A DNA stretch of 64,000 nucleotides, from NCBI GenBank assembly GCA_030390025.1, contig CM059433.1, forward strand, positions 7,876,001 to 7,940,000, read 5' to 3'. Numbering within the stretch: position 1 is the first letter of the stretch; each line of letters opens with the position of its first letter. Below are positions 30,001 to 41,581 of the stretch, one piece after another. The notes beneath the pieces are model-generated. The model was not told where the DNA came from, made no database searches, and saw nothing but the letters and a program-made list of their open reading frames with translations. The stretch comes from Squalus acanthias. Taxonomy: Eukaryota. Position numbers and translations under genes: made by a program.

Positions 30001-31783
30001 AGTGTGAAGGGTGTTCATTCCACAGGACACTCAGTGTGAAGGGTGTTCATTCCACAGGACACTCAGTGTGAAGGGTGTTCATTCCACAGGACACTCACTG
30101 TGAAGGGTTTTCATTCCACAGGACACTCAGTGTGAAGGGTGTTCATTCCACAGGGCACTCACTGTGAAGGGTGTTGATTCCACAGGACACTCACTGAAAA
30201 GGGTGTTCATTCCACAGGACACTCAGTGTGACTGGTGTTCATTCCACAGGACACTCAGTGTGAAGGGTGTTCATTCCACAGGACTTTCAGTGTGAAGGGT
30301 GTTTATTCCACAGGACATTCACTGTGAAGGGTGTTCATTCCACAGGACACTCAGTGTGAAGGGTGTTCGTTCCACAGGACACTCAGTGTGAAGGGTGTTC
30401 ATTCCACATCACAATCAGTGTGAAGGGTGTTCATTCCACAGGACACTCAGTGTGAAGGGTGTTCATTTCACAGGACACTCACTGTGAAGCGTGTTCATTC
30501 CACAGGACACTCAGTGTGGAGGGAGTTCATTACATGGACACTCAGTGTGACGGGTTTTCATTCCACAGGACACTCAGTGTGAAGGGTGTTCATTCCACAG
30601 GACACTCAGTGTGAAGGGTGTTCATTCCACAGGACACTCACTGTGAAGGGTGTTCATTCCACAGGACACTCAGTGTGAAGGGTGTTCATTCCACAGGACA
30701 CTCACTGTGAAGGGTGTTCATTCCACAGGACACTCAGTGTGAAGGGTGTTCATCCCACATCACACTCAGTGTGAAGGGTGTTCATTCCACAGGACACTCA
30801 GTGTGAAGGGTGTTCATTCCCCAGGACACTCAGTGTGAAGGGTTTTTATTCCACAGGACACTCAGTGTGAAGGGTGTTCATTCCACAGGACACTCAGTGT
30901 GAAGGGTTTTTATTCCACAGGACACTCAGTGTGAAGGGTGTTCATTCCACAGGACACTCAGTGTGAAGGGTGTTCATTCCACAGGACACTCACTGTGAAG
31001 GGTGTTCATTCCACAGGACACTCACTGTGAAGTGTGTTCATTCCACATGACACTCAGTGTGGAGGGTTTTCATTCCACAGGACACTCAGTGTGAAGGGTG
31101 TTCATTCCACAGGACACTCAGTGTGAAGGGTGTTCATTCCACAGGACACTCAGTGTGAAGGGTGTTCATTCCACATCACACTCAGTGTGAAGGGTGTTCA
31201 TTCCACAGGACACTCAGTGTGAGGGGTGTTCATTTCACAGGACACTCACTGTGAAGCGTGTTCATTCCACAGGACACTCAGTGTGGAGGGTGTTCATTAC
31301 ATGGACACTCAGTGTGAAGGGTTTTCATTCCGCAGGACACTCAGTGTGAAGGGTGTTCATTCCACAGGATACTCAGTGTGAAGAGTGTTCATTCCACAGG
31401 ACACTCAGTGTTAAGGGTGTTCATTCCACAGGACACTCAGTGTGAAGGGTGTTCATTCCACAGGACACTTTGTGTGAAGGGTGTTCATTCCACAGGACAC
31501 TCACTGTGAAGCGTGTTCATTCCACAGGACACTCACTGAAAAGTGTGTTCATTCCACAGGACACTCACTGTGAAGCGTGTTCATTCCACAGAACACTCAC
31601 TGAAAAGTGTGTTCATTCTACAGGACACTCAGTGTGGAGGGTGTTCATTACATGGACACTCAGTGTGAAGGGTTTTCATTCCACAGGACACTCAGTGTGA
31701 AGGGTGTTCATTCCACAGGACACTCACTGTGAAGCGTGTTCATTCCACAGGACACTCAGTGTGACGGGTGCTCATTCCAAAGG
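1..31783. repeat. Tandem satellite array, 32-bp monomer AGGACACTCAGTGTGAAGGGTGTTCATTCCAC (roughly 990 monomers visible; runs off the left edge)
   Basis: Head-to-tail 32-bp period is directly visible. Common CAGTG/CACTG variant. The last degenerate monomer (GTGACGGGTGCTCATTCCAAAGG) ends at ~31783. Confidence 0.99.
8565..8764. other. Assembly gap (200 N)
   Basis: Run of exactly 200 N inside the satellite, so the true array length is unknown. Confidence 0.99.
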
Positions 31784-31984
31784 CTGCCATTATTCTAGGA
31801 AGCCATTCTGGAGGGAAGTTGTGCTGAAGAATGATTATTTTGGATAGCTCTCCTTCTGAATGACGTTTCTTGTGAGGAACACTTATTGTAAACAACAATT
31901 TAAAAAGAAAGTTACTTTCCTTTCGCTCCTTTCCTGAAAGGTGCTCAGTCTTTTGCCAATACAGCTCCACAGGTGGTGGCAGGC

Positions 31985-32290
31985 CCCAATACTTCAGCAT
32001 TGTGGCCATTCTTCATCTGGGAGACTAAAGAGCAGGCTAATCTACACAGCGGCATGACAACTGAGGCTGATCATACTGTCAACCCGTCATTCACTCACGT
32101 ACACATTCCAACAGGGATCACTGGCAGCAATCAGGAGTCGGAACCCTGGGTGATTTTTCGTCTCCTTAATCCAGGGATCAGTTGTAATGTCTTTTCTCCC
32201 ACCCAGATGAGGTAGGTTAAATTTGCACAGATCAGAGATTCTGATCTGGGGCCTTCAGATGTGCACGGTTTAGTCCCATACCAAGCCACC
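31985..32290 (-). mobile_element. Old diverged SINE-like repeat, related to the copy at 49975-51240
   Basis: Reverse complement shares blocks (TCTGTGC..TTA..CTGGG, CCCTGG..GGAG..AAAA..TCA.CCAG, CTCC..CAGTG) with 49985-50115. Highly diverged. Confidence 0.4.
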
Positions 32291-32949
32291 ATTAAAGGGT
32301 ATTCATTCTGGAGCTGTGCATCAAACAGATAGCATTGTTCACAGTCTTCAATCCTTTCTTGTAGCCTTTTTTTCCGCAGACTTAGAGAATTGTGGCCCAC
32401 TGCCATACTTCCTAATTACTGAAAACACAATTGCAATGAATATGAGTTCTAAAGAAGCTGAGCATGGTTATCACACAGCAACTTTCTATTCCTTTCAAAG
32501 AAGACCATTATCTGGAGGACCCTATTTAACTGTTCATTGAATACGTTGGTGCTGGCTTTTTCATTCAAGATCGGACACTGATATTCTCACGCTCTCACAT
32601 TGTCAATCCACATCATTTGAATAATTCAATTTCCAGCACAATTTCACTTGAACGACTGGCTCAGAGACCTAACATTTGTGAATGATATGATGAGAAATTA
32701 TGTCGGTATTTTGTTTTGGATCATGATAACAGTCAGGACTTTGACTCGGCAGTCGCACTCAGTTCAATTTAAAGGATGTATAGAATGCAAGATGTCTCAG
32801 AGCAGTAGAGTCTCCTCAACCCCCTCACCCACCCCCCGGCCACCATCTAATTCTTTGAAGCAGCATCTCACTCCAACAATGACCAGCTTTATCACTGTCT
32901 GCCGGCCTGAAATTGACGGGGTTGTGTGGGGGGGGGGGGGTGTAAAATA

Positions 32950-33290
32950 CAGATAGATAATGCTGGAAATGTACAGGCAGCCAGTTAGCATCTGAACGAG
33001 AGACATAGTTGTCTGCCGAAGCATGAAATAAAACGAGGAAAATGGCTGGAAATGCACAACACGTTAATCAGCTTTTGAAAGAGAATGAGCAGTTAAAATT
33101 TCGGGTGGGAAAGAAACCTTAACAATCTGTCGGTGTGGAAATCAGTCCTGGGCGGTAGCGCTAGGGTGGGCGCTCGCGAATCGCGCGTTACGGGTCACCC
33201 GATATTCGGTTCCATTTACGACACTAGCGACCTTGTCGTTCTCTTTCAAAAGCCGACTAACCTGCTGTGCATTTCCAGCACGTTCCTCTT
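32950..33290. mobile_element. Degraded Penelope-type terminal-repeat fragments, including an inverted pair at 33035-33088 / 33236-33288
   Basis: ATGCTGGAAAT..CAGCA..TCAGCATCTG-like motifs resemble the repeats at 54890-54990 and 58810-58920. The two arms are reverse complements. Confidence 0.5.
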
Positions 33291-33480
33291 TTTGACGTGA
33301 ACGTTTCTCTGGTATTCTAAGCAGTCGACATTCCGAGCTGTAAATAATTTTACGTGTACAAAAAAAACAGTAAGCTGCACGACACTAAAGTGGGTGATAG
33401 ACGGGAGCCAGAATAGAGCAATAGGTGACACTGGCTTATGAATTTCTCATTTGCAAAGATTGATGGCACTAGTTTTACAG

Positions 33481-33618
33481 GTACAGTGGGAACTGTCAGT
33501 GGCCAACGCTGAAAGCAGCTGTTTCATCAGTACTTATTGTACAATCATACATCGCCCTTCAGGCAGACCAGGTGGCTTCAGCTCTTCCCTGGAACTTTCC
33601 CACTCTCCGTCCAAATGG
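33481..33618 (+). CDS. Candidate internal coding exon (phase 2-2) of an unidentified gene: YSGNCQWPTLKAAVSSVLIVQSYIALQADQVASALPWNFPTLRPNG
   Basis: Acceptor TTTTACAG ends at 33480. Weak donor GG|GTCGGT. 138 nt, open, non-repetitive, and joins in frame to 44537. Confidence 0.45.
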
Positions 33619-34209
33619 GTCGGTTTTACTGTTTGCTCTCAAGAGGCTTGAATAAATTAGAACCAATTATTCCCCCAAACATTTTAAGAATGATGCCTCA
33701 AGTGCTTAGAAGGTACATTGCCAAGAAAAACGCAGGAGAGCTTGGCTCCACTTGCGCAGGTGCAAATATTGGGTGGATGCCAGGCCCTTCCTGTGCCATA
33801 GGTTTTGCATTAACACTTGTCAGCTCTGAGAAACTTTCTCAGAAGTGAGTGATTTAGAGGCTCGTCAGTTGAGAAGTTGCCAGGCACCATCACGGCCTTG
33901 TACCTGCTACCACAGGAAGGGAAGGAGACAGCATTCAAGCTACAGATCAAGCAAGATGCATAAACACTTCCAGTTGTAACTAAGTTTTGTCAGACTTTGA
34001 CTGTTGTTGTTGGTTAGGGTTAGGGTTACTTTGCCAAAGTGAAGTGATAGTGAAGGGTAAGAGCTAGCGTCACATCATGTAAAGTCAGCTCATGCTGCTG
34101 GGGCCTCTTGCTCTGTAGGCAAGGTCCGAGGACACATGGCAGCACGAGCATAGGGCCATATGTACGGACTTCCAGGGAGTGGCATCCAACTGCTATACGT
34201 CAATGGTAG

Positions 34210-34330
34210 AGATAAAAGAAAAACTGCAGGTGCTGGAAATCTGAACTAAAAGCATAAAATGCTATAAATACACAGTAAGCCAGTCAGCATCTGAAAGAAA
34301 AAAAGGTAGTTTCATCCTTTCAATGGGACT
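34210..34330 (-). mobile_element. Degraded Penelope-type terminal-repeat fragment
   Basis: ACTGCAGGTGCTGGAAATCTGAA..AAAATGCT..AAATA..CAG..CAGCATCTG is the reverse complement of the 58830-58915 motif. Confidence 0.6.
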
Positions 34331-34363
34331 TTGATTAATGTGGATGTTACAAGTTTCAAGACT

Positions 34364-34834
34364 GCTAAGTGGTTCAGTTGGTAGCACACTTGCCTCTGAG
34401 TCAGAAGGTTGTGGGTTCACAGTCCCCACTCCAGAGACTTGAACACATAAAGCTAGGCTGACACTCCAGTGCGGTGCTGAGGGAGCACTGCACTGTCGGA
34501 GGTGCCGTCTTTCGGATGAGACGTTAAACCGAGGCCCCGTCTGCTCTCTCAGGTGGACGTAAAAGATCCCATGGCCTTATTTCGAAGAAGAGCAGGGGAG
34601 TTATCCCCGGTGTCCTGGGCCAATATTTATCCCTCAACCAACATAACAAAAACAGATTATCTGGTCATTATCACATTGCTGTTTGTGGGAGCTTGCTATG
34701 CGCAAATTGGCTGCTGCGTTTCCCACATTACAACAGTGACTCCACTTCAAAAGTACTTCATTGGCTGTAAAGCGCTTTGAGATGTCCGGTGGTTGTGAAA
34801 GGTGCTACAGAAATGCAAGTCTTTCTTTCTTTCT
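34364..34834 (+). mobile_element. Full-length DeuSINE (SacSINE1/AmnSINE1-like)
   Basis: tRNA-like head (TGGTTCAGTTGGTAGCAC..GGTTC), Deu core (GTGCCGTCTTTCGGATGAGACGTTAAACCGAGG), L2-like tail ending (CTTT)n. Confidence 0.85.
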
Positions 34835-35099
34835 ATTGATATTTCTGGGATGCAGTGGTTCTTGTTACTCCAGTAAGTGGTCTGAGTGTCTGAGGTACAG
34901 AAGTCTGCCCACACTGTTCAACATATCTACTTATATGATAACGTAACCAAAGAATGAAAGAATAGGAGCCCCTCGTAACTTAAGCTGGATATTGTGTCTT
35001 TTGCATCTGCCCTCACGCACAGTTCTCCATCTTTTTTAAAGTGGACAAAAATGAGAAGTCGCACAACACCAGGTTATAGTCCAACAGATTTATTTAAAA

Positions 35100-35137
35100 T
35101 TACAAGCTTTCGGAGCTATCGCCCCTTCTTCAGGTAA
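35100..35137 (-). ncRNA. Minimal type I hammerhead ribozyme motif in a Penelope-type end (element fragment ~35050-35140)
   Basis: Minus strand reads UUAC-CUGAAGA-A-GGGGC-GAUA-GCUCC-GAAA-GCUU-GUAA: stem I UUAC/GUAA, 5-bp stem II, palindromic AGCU in place of stem III. Confidence 0.7.
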
Positions 35138-35772
35138 AGTTACAGTGGACTGAGAAACACTTGGTTAGGTGAGGCCAGATAGGAATTGTTAAATGGCATT
35201 ATTGGACAGACGGCATGTGAAGATACCCAGTGACCGTTAAAGCTCAATCTCACGCCTCTCTCTCAAAAAAAGGGAAAAATAATACGCCCCACTCCCTGAT
35301 CCTTATGTGAGCTGCCTTATTTGCTCTCAGCATTACCTTTCTTTCAGACTACTTCCACCTACAAAAACTGACCTCTTGTATTTTCCAGTTCTGGACTTCT
35401 GGCCCTGCACCTCAGAGCCTCCTGTTTTAGAACCTGACTGCTCATCTGTCCCTTTGCTCCTTTCACAGGCCGTGAGGCTGACTCCCTCCCCTGGTAATGA
35501 TTCGACATTAGTGCTGTCAGTTAAAACTGCCTACCACCCCCTCCCCTTGAGGAGTGGGTTTAAAGAGAATGTTTGCTGTTCTCAAGATGAATGTGGGGGG
35601 AAGGGGGAGGGCATGCTGGGATGAGACCGTTGATCCTCTTGGATTAGTTGTGAGTTCCACAAACCAGCTTGCCTGGCTTCAAAACACATGTTTAATGCCC
35701 ACAGCCTGAGTCTTTCCTTTTAAACCTGCGCAAACAATTTTTAATTTAAAACATAACATTTGAACATAATCC

Positions 35773-35892
35773 TGCGATATCTTGGGACACAGCATATATA
35801 TACAACAGCACAACATGGCTTCTGGTAAGAACTGTACTGCACATGGCTTTATTATTATATACATCAGCAGTCCACTAGGTGGCTCTATTACA
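35773..35892 (-). repeat. 3' LTR (120 bp)
   Basis: TGCGATATC..ATTACA; 7 mismatches to 41582-41701. Confidence 0.92.
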
Positions 35893-35905
35893 CTTCTCCC
35901 TCCTT
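35893..35905 (-). promoter_or_regulatory. Polypurine tract (PPT)
   Basis: Minus strand AAGGAGGGAGAAG immediately precedes the 3' LTR. Confidence 0.85.
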
Positions 35906-36096
35906 ATTGAAGAAGTTAATCATAGCAAATAATCATTGTACATGACTTGCATGGTATACACAACTCTTGGTATACATTTCTCAAATGGAACCCATTTTAT
36001 GTTTCCAAATTCTACTATAGAATTCTGTAACACAAACAAAAGATATGAACTTATTTTCCATATTTTCAGGTTAAACTTAACCACTGGTTTTCTGTT

Positions 36097-37325
36097 TCAA
36101 CGAGGATACCTTCTTTCTTGAACAGAACTTTCAGATCTTGTTGTAGGACTTTGACTCATTCTAGGCTGAGCCTGCGGAGAATTTTTCTCCAAGGGCTGAC
36201 CTTGATCTACATTTAGACTCTCTAGACTTTCAGGCTGTTTGTCTGCCTGACTCGGGCTCAGACTTAAATTCTGACTTTGTCTTGGACTTGTTTCTGGTAC
36301 GTCTGATGTAGGATTTGCTGCTGGTACTCTACTTATAACAAGACTATCTGACTCATCAGAACAAATTGAATCATCCCAGCTTTCAACTCCTTCCACATCT
36401 GTAGGTAAAATATGATCAATGTGAACAAACCTAACCTTTCCATGATCAAACATCTTGACCAAATATGTGTGACATATCTTCACTACTCTTCCTGGTAACC
36501 ACTTTAACCATTTATGGTGATGGTTCTTCACTCTAACCTTTTGGTTCAACTTCACACTTCTCTCTCTAACTCTACCTTTATCATGACTCTCTTTCTGCCT
36601 TGATTGTTTCTCTTCTATGGACTGTGCCAAGTTTGGCTTTAACAACGAGAACCTGGTTCGTGGCTGTCGTTTGAGAAATAACTCTGCTGGTTTTCTACCA
36701 GTAGTGGTATGAGGAGTATTCCGATAGGTAATCAAAAAATTTGCCAGTTTGTGGTCCAACGACAACTGACGTTTCTTTGGATTTGGATCCAACATTTGTT
36801 TAATGAGGGCACGTTTGACAATTTGTACTGTGTGCTCTGCTGCACCATTTGAAGCAGGGTGGTACGGTGGAACTTTGATATGTTTCACATTGTTTCTGCT
36901 CATGAACTGTGTGAACTCTTGTGAACAAAATTGCAGCCCATTACCAAACACAATTTCTTCTGGGAGGCCGTATGAAGAAAACAATCTTCGCAAATTGTCT
37001 AGTGTTTTGCTTGTTGTTATTATCCGCATCGGAAACACCTCTACCCACTTCGAGTGACTATCTATCACTATGAACAATTGCTGTCCTTCTAGCTCAGCAA
37101 AATCTACATGTAACCTTTGCCACACTCTGGGAGGCCATTTCCATGGCTGTAATGGTACTGATGGTGGTTTGTTGCTCACCGATTGACATGTTGTACACTG
37201 ACTGACTATGTACTCTATCTCTTTATCTAAACCTGGCCACCATAAGTAACTGCGTGCAAAGCTCTTGGTCAAGCACATTCCCAGGTGCTGGTCTTGAAGA
37301 TCTCCTAACAATGTAGACCTGAACC
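36097..37325 (-). pseudogene. Gypsy integrase (pol C-terminal part)
   Basis: Decayed HHCC (..QHLG..YLWWPGL..CTTCQ), LHVDF, IVFGNG (second catalytic D lost), PPYHPASNGAAE, YRNTPH. Confidence 0.92.
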
Positions 37326-37870
37326 TTTTTAAAATTTGTTTATGGGATGTGGGGGTCGCTGGCAAGGCCAGCATTTATTGCCCATCCCTAATTGCCCTCG
37401 AGAAGGTGGTGGTGAGCCGCCTTCTTGAACCGCTGCAGTCCGTGTGGTGAAGGTACTCCCACAGTGCTGTTAAGTAGGGAGTTCCAGGATTTTGACCCAG
37501 CGACGATGAAGGATCGGCGATATACTTCTAAGTCAGGATGGTGTGTGACTTGGAGGGGAACTTGGAGGTGGTGGTGTTCCCATGCATCTGCTGCCCTTGT
37601 CCTTCTAGGTGGAAGAGGTCGGGGGTTTGGGAGGTGCTGCCGAAGAAGCCTTGGTGAGTTGCTGCAGTGCATCTTGTAGATGGTACACACTGCAGCCACG
37701 GTACGCCGGTGGTGGAGGGAGTGAATATTTAAGGTAGAAGATGGGGTGCCAATCAAGTAGGCTGCTTTGTTCTGGATGGTGTCGAGCTTCTTGAGTGTTG
37801 TTGGAGCTGCACTCATCCAGGCAAGTGGAGAGTATTCCATCACACTCCTGACTTGTGCCTTGTAGATGGT
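37326..37870 (-). mobile_element. 5'-truncated CR1-group LINE 3' end nested in Gypsy pol
   Basis: TIYKAQVRSVMEYSPLAW..SWNSL peptide, near-identical to 55115-55873. Splits the pre-integrase region. Confidence 0.88.
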
Positions 37871-38416
37871 AGAACCACTCCTGCTTCCCACATAATACAA
37901 TCTTTATCCACTGACAATTCATTCCTATGAACGAAGTATGGATGAATATCTTCATTGCTACTTGGTTTGGCCAACCATTTGCTATGTAATCATACACCTT
38001 TGACATAATTGGATCACGTTTGGTTGCCCTACCAATCTCTTCAGCTGTGACTGGCAGTTCATCAATGTATGAGAAATAGAACACTTCTTCCTTATTGGGT
38101 GTAACTTGTAATGGGGATGGCAGCCTGGACATAGCATCAGCATTACTGTGATCAGCTGATCGTCTGTACTCAATGTCATACATATACACTGACAAAATCA
38201 AAGCCCATCTCTGCATTCGGGCTGCAGCTAAGGTTGGAAATGAGGACTTTGGATGGAGGATTGCTAACAGGGGCTTATGGTCAGTAACTATGGTAAACTT
38301 ACGACCAAACAAGTATTTGTGAAACTTCTTGACCCCAAAAATCAATGACAAAGCTTCCCTTTCGATTTGCACATAATTCCGCTCACTGACACCGAGAGTG
38401 CGTGAAGCAAAAGCAA
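37871..38416 (-). pseudogene. Gypsy RNase H (C-terminal part) and linker
   Basis: PIAFASRTL..ERNYVQIEREAL..FTIVTDHKPL..RMQRWALIL..NADAMSRLP. Confidence 0.92.
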
Positions 38417-38419
38417 TTG

Positions 38420-39136
38420 GGGGGAAAAGTTCGCTGATTTGCACCTCCCGTTAACGCCCTAGGGCGCTAACGGGGCGCAAAGCAACTAGCGCCTGGGCGC
38501 GGTGCCGCTAACGCCTCCCGCGAAATTCAGCGGGAGGTTAGTGGCGGCGCTAACTGTTAGTGGCGCTGCGCCGCCGGCGATGACGTCATCGCCGTGCGCA
38601 GCGCCCCACTCGTGCCCCGGCCGCGATCTCTGGTAGCGCCCACTGACTTACCGCCGGACGCTACGTCCGACAGGGTCAGGGGGGCCTACCTGCGGCTGGG
38701 GCGGCACAAATTAAAGGGAAGGTGCCGGGCGGCCATTTTTGTTGCTGGTTGCCTGCCAGCAACTGCCCGCTTTGCTGTCCCCGGCCTTCTGTGCAGCCCC
38801 TCCGTGGAGTGCCGGCTGCGCTCCGTGAGCCCGGCACTTCTCTTGAGCGCCGGGCTCTTTTGCCGGCACTTTGATCCCTGGTGGCCCAGCTGGTCTCCGG
38901 GTCACGCTGCACTAGGCCCCTCCCCTTTAATAAGGGGAGGAAGGCCTGCAGTACCGTAGCGCTATGTGCCGCAGAGCGTGGCACTGCGGCATGTAGCACC
39001 GCGTTATTCACTCGCAGCGCCCCAAGAGGGAGGCGGGGCGCTTCCAGTAGTGCCCCGCCTCCCTCTTGGGGCGCTACCGGTGAATTTTGAGCGTGGGGGC
39101 GCTATTTTTACCCAATTTTTACCCAATTTTTACCCC
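38420..39136 (+). mobile_element. GC-rich non-autonomous DNA transposon (MITE, PIF/Harbinger-like) nested in Gypsy RNase H
   Basis: TIRs GGGGGAAAAGTT / AATTTTTACCCC. TTG duplicated at 38417-19 and 39137-39. Interrupts the ESGEE|PIAF peptide. Homologous to 46077-46691 in the opposite orientation. Confidence 0.85.
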
Positions 39137-40520
39137 TTGGCTCTCCTCCCCACTTTCTAGTACATGAGAGATCACTGCCCCAACTCCGTATGGAGAGGCG
39201 TCACACGCTAGCTTGATCTCCTTAGATACATCATAGTGAACTAACATGGTACTCTCTACTAACTGGCTTTTACACTCTCTGAATGCTGTGTCGCATTCTT
39301 TTGACCACTTCCAAGGGACCTGTTTTCTCAACAGCTCATTCAGTGGATGTAACAATGTAGCCAAGTTTGGGAGGAACTTTCCGTAATAATTCAAAAGACC
39401 CAAAAATGATTGAAGTTCGGAGACATTCTTGGGAGTGGGTGCATTTCTGATTGCATCCAGCTTTCCCTTGGTTGGATATAAACCATCTTTGTCTACTCTG
39501 TGCCCGAAGTACTCTGTGATTCTCTCGCCGTTTGAGCACTTCATTCAACACCTCATCATGGATTTGCCTGTTTGGTGCTGAAATGAGTATGTCATCCAAA
39601 TAACACACTACCCCTTCAATCCCTTGCAAAATTTGGTTCATCACCCCCTGGAATATGTCGGGGGCAGAAGACACTCCAAATGGTAGCCTATTGAACTGAT
39701 ATAGGCCGCGGTGAGTATTTATAGTCAAGCATGACTTGGACTCTTCATCTAACTCAAGTTGTAGGTAGGCGTTTGTTAGATCTAACTTCGAAAAGATCTG
39801 GCCACCTGTCAGCATTGTGAACAAATCTTCCACATTTGGCAACATATTGGGTAGATTACACTCGAGAACCTGGTTTACGGTTACCTTATAATCACCACAC
39901 AACCTTACCTTACCATCTGACTTAGGTACAACAACAGGTGTAGCCCAATTACTCAGATCTACCTTAGAGATAATGTTCTCAGTTTTGAGTCTTTTGAGTT
40001 CTTGCTCAACTTTCTCCTTGAGTGTGTATGGTACGGGATGTGGCTTGCAGTAAACTGGTCTTGCGTCCTTCTGCACTCTGACACTCGCCTTGAAGTCTTG
40101 GATCGGACTGCCTGTTTCGCTGAACACCTTCGGATACTGCTTGATGACATCATCTTTCGATGCAAGTTTCTCTTCCACACGAAAATTTTCATTCCAATCC
40201 AGCTTCAGTGATCCCAACCAATTTCTACCTATCAAGGCAGGCTCGTCTCCTGCCACTACTATGAGAGGCAAGCTCTGACACTGATCCTTGTATTTCACTG
40301 GTATGGTGACACTTCCTACTACAGGGATTTGCTCTCCTGAGTAGCCTCGAAGCTCTACCTTTGATTTCTCTAGTCGATAATTACACAACTTGTTGCGATA
40401 TAGTGATTCCGGTACTACGCTCATGGATGCACCAGTGTCGATTTCCATGGGTATCCTGGTTCCTGTGACATCTACTTGGATGACGATACCTCGCGAATCG
40501 CTGTTAGATACCTTCGTGCT
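39137..40520 (-). pseudogene. Gypsy protease, reverse transcriptase and N-terminal RNase H
   Basis: EIDTGAS protease; RLCGDYK, KLDLTNAYLQ, RLPFGVSSAP, YLDD; FLGLLNYYGKF, LACDASPYGVGAV. Frameshift near 39530. Confidence 0.95.
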
Positions 40521-40628
40521 CCTGATGATGTGAATCTCCAGAAACTCCTCGTCCTGCTGCTTCTCTTCAGCGGTATGTAGTGTCTGGCGGTTTCTACTTC
40601 TGGCATTGCCGGTCGGTTTACTCTTCTG

Positions 40629-41408
40629 TCAGCACGCCTTCGCAAGATGCCCAGTTTTCTTGCGGTAGAAAAACTCTGCCTTCACATATGGACAGCTTTG
40701 AGCGATGTGTTGTCCCAGGCACCGATAACACGACTTCAATGCACTGTTACCTTGGACAGTTGCCGAGACCTTGGGGCCCAACTGCCTTTTACTTTTAGCC
40801 TGCAGTCGATTCACCTCGGTTGTCTGACGACTGGAAATGGCGCGAAACTCTCAGGAGTATCGGTCGGCCACATTCATCGACATAGCTATCTGACAAGCTA
40901 AGTCAAAAGTCAAGTTAGGGGTTGTCAGCAATTTACTTCTGATACGTTCATTATTCAACCCACAAACAAAGCGGTCACACAAAGCTCGGTCCTGAAAGTT
41001 TCTGAAATGACAGTGAATGGATGGCTTTTTTAAAGCTACAATGTACTCCCTGATACCCTCGTCATTTAATTGATCACGTGTTCCAAAACAATAACTTTCA
41101 GCAATTTCCAGGGACTCAGGACTGTAGTGCTGTTCTAACTTGGTCAGGATCTTCTTCAGTGGCGTGTCATTCGGCTTGGTGGGAACAATCACATTTTTCA
41201 GGGTTTCATACACCTCGGGGCCTGCTTCAGTCAAAAAAATAGCCCGTTTCATTTCTAAAACCACCCGGTTACAGTTTACATCATCGGGGACTTTGACAAT
41301 ACTATTCACGGTGAAAAACATTTCTAGCCGCTCCACATATGCCCCAAAAGTCTCTTGGTCGCGATGGAACTCACCCAAGCGCCCTACTATTCCCATAGGC
41401 GCGGCCAT
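40629..41408 (-). pseudogene. Gypsy gag with two decayed CCHC zinc knuckles
   Basis: YVERLEMFF..DRFVCGL ORF at 40851-41408; frameshifted CYRCLGQHIAQSC and KKTGHLAKAC. Confidence 0.88.
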
Positions 41409-41558
41409 CTGGACTCTGGCAACGTCAACAGTTCAGCCACGTGTGCTTAAAACTTACCTCGGATTTTTAAGTTTTTCTGCAAAACGAAGAACCTCTAACA
41501 GCCCCTCCGTCGGTTGGCAGGATTATCCTCCAACAAAAGTTTCAGCTCGGGAATCCGC

Positions 41559-41577
41559 AATCGCATCCTCATTGCCA
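41559..41577 (-). promoter_or_regulatory. Primer binding site, tRNA-Ser-like
   Basis: Minus strand TGGCAATGAGGATGCGATT, 4 nt from the LTR. Resembles TGGCGACGAGGATGGGATT (complement of the tRNA-Ser(GCT) 3' end) after CpG decay. Confidence 0.7.
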
Positions 41578-41581
41578 ATTC

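Noticed and set aside
1714..31700. Satellite ORFs reading CEGC-x11-H-x3-H, resembling a C2H2 zinc-finger array
   Set aside because: The 32-bp period cycles through all frames with a TGA every 96 bp. Spacing is x11, not x12, and there is no TGEKP linker. The ORFs arise only from indels, stop-removing variants or Ns.
1..31783. CRISPR array (32-bp partly palindromic repeat)
   Set aside because: No unique spacers, no cas genes, vertebrate repeat context.
32295..32308. AAGGGTATTCATTC 14-bp match to a satellite variant, as a possible seed of the array
   Set aside because: Single short match with no extension to the rest of the monomer.
34012..34028. GGTTAGGGTTAGGGTTA interstitial telomeric repeat
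   Set aside because: Under three units; too short to distinguish from chance.
34364..34440. tRNA gene
   Set aside because: The tRNA-like A/B boxes are the head of a multicopy SINE; I see no intact cloverleaf or terminator.
38594..39160. GC-rich overlapping ORFs or a CpG-island promoter (also 45997-46559 and 50383-51259)
   Set aside because: Fully contained in TIR/TSD-bounded MITEs; stop codons are scarce because of the GC content.
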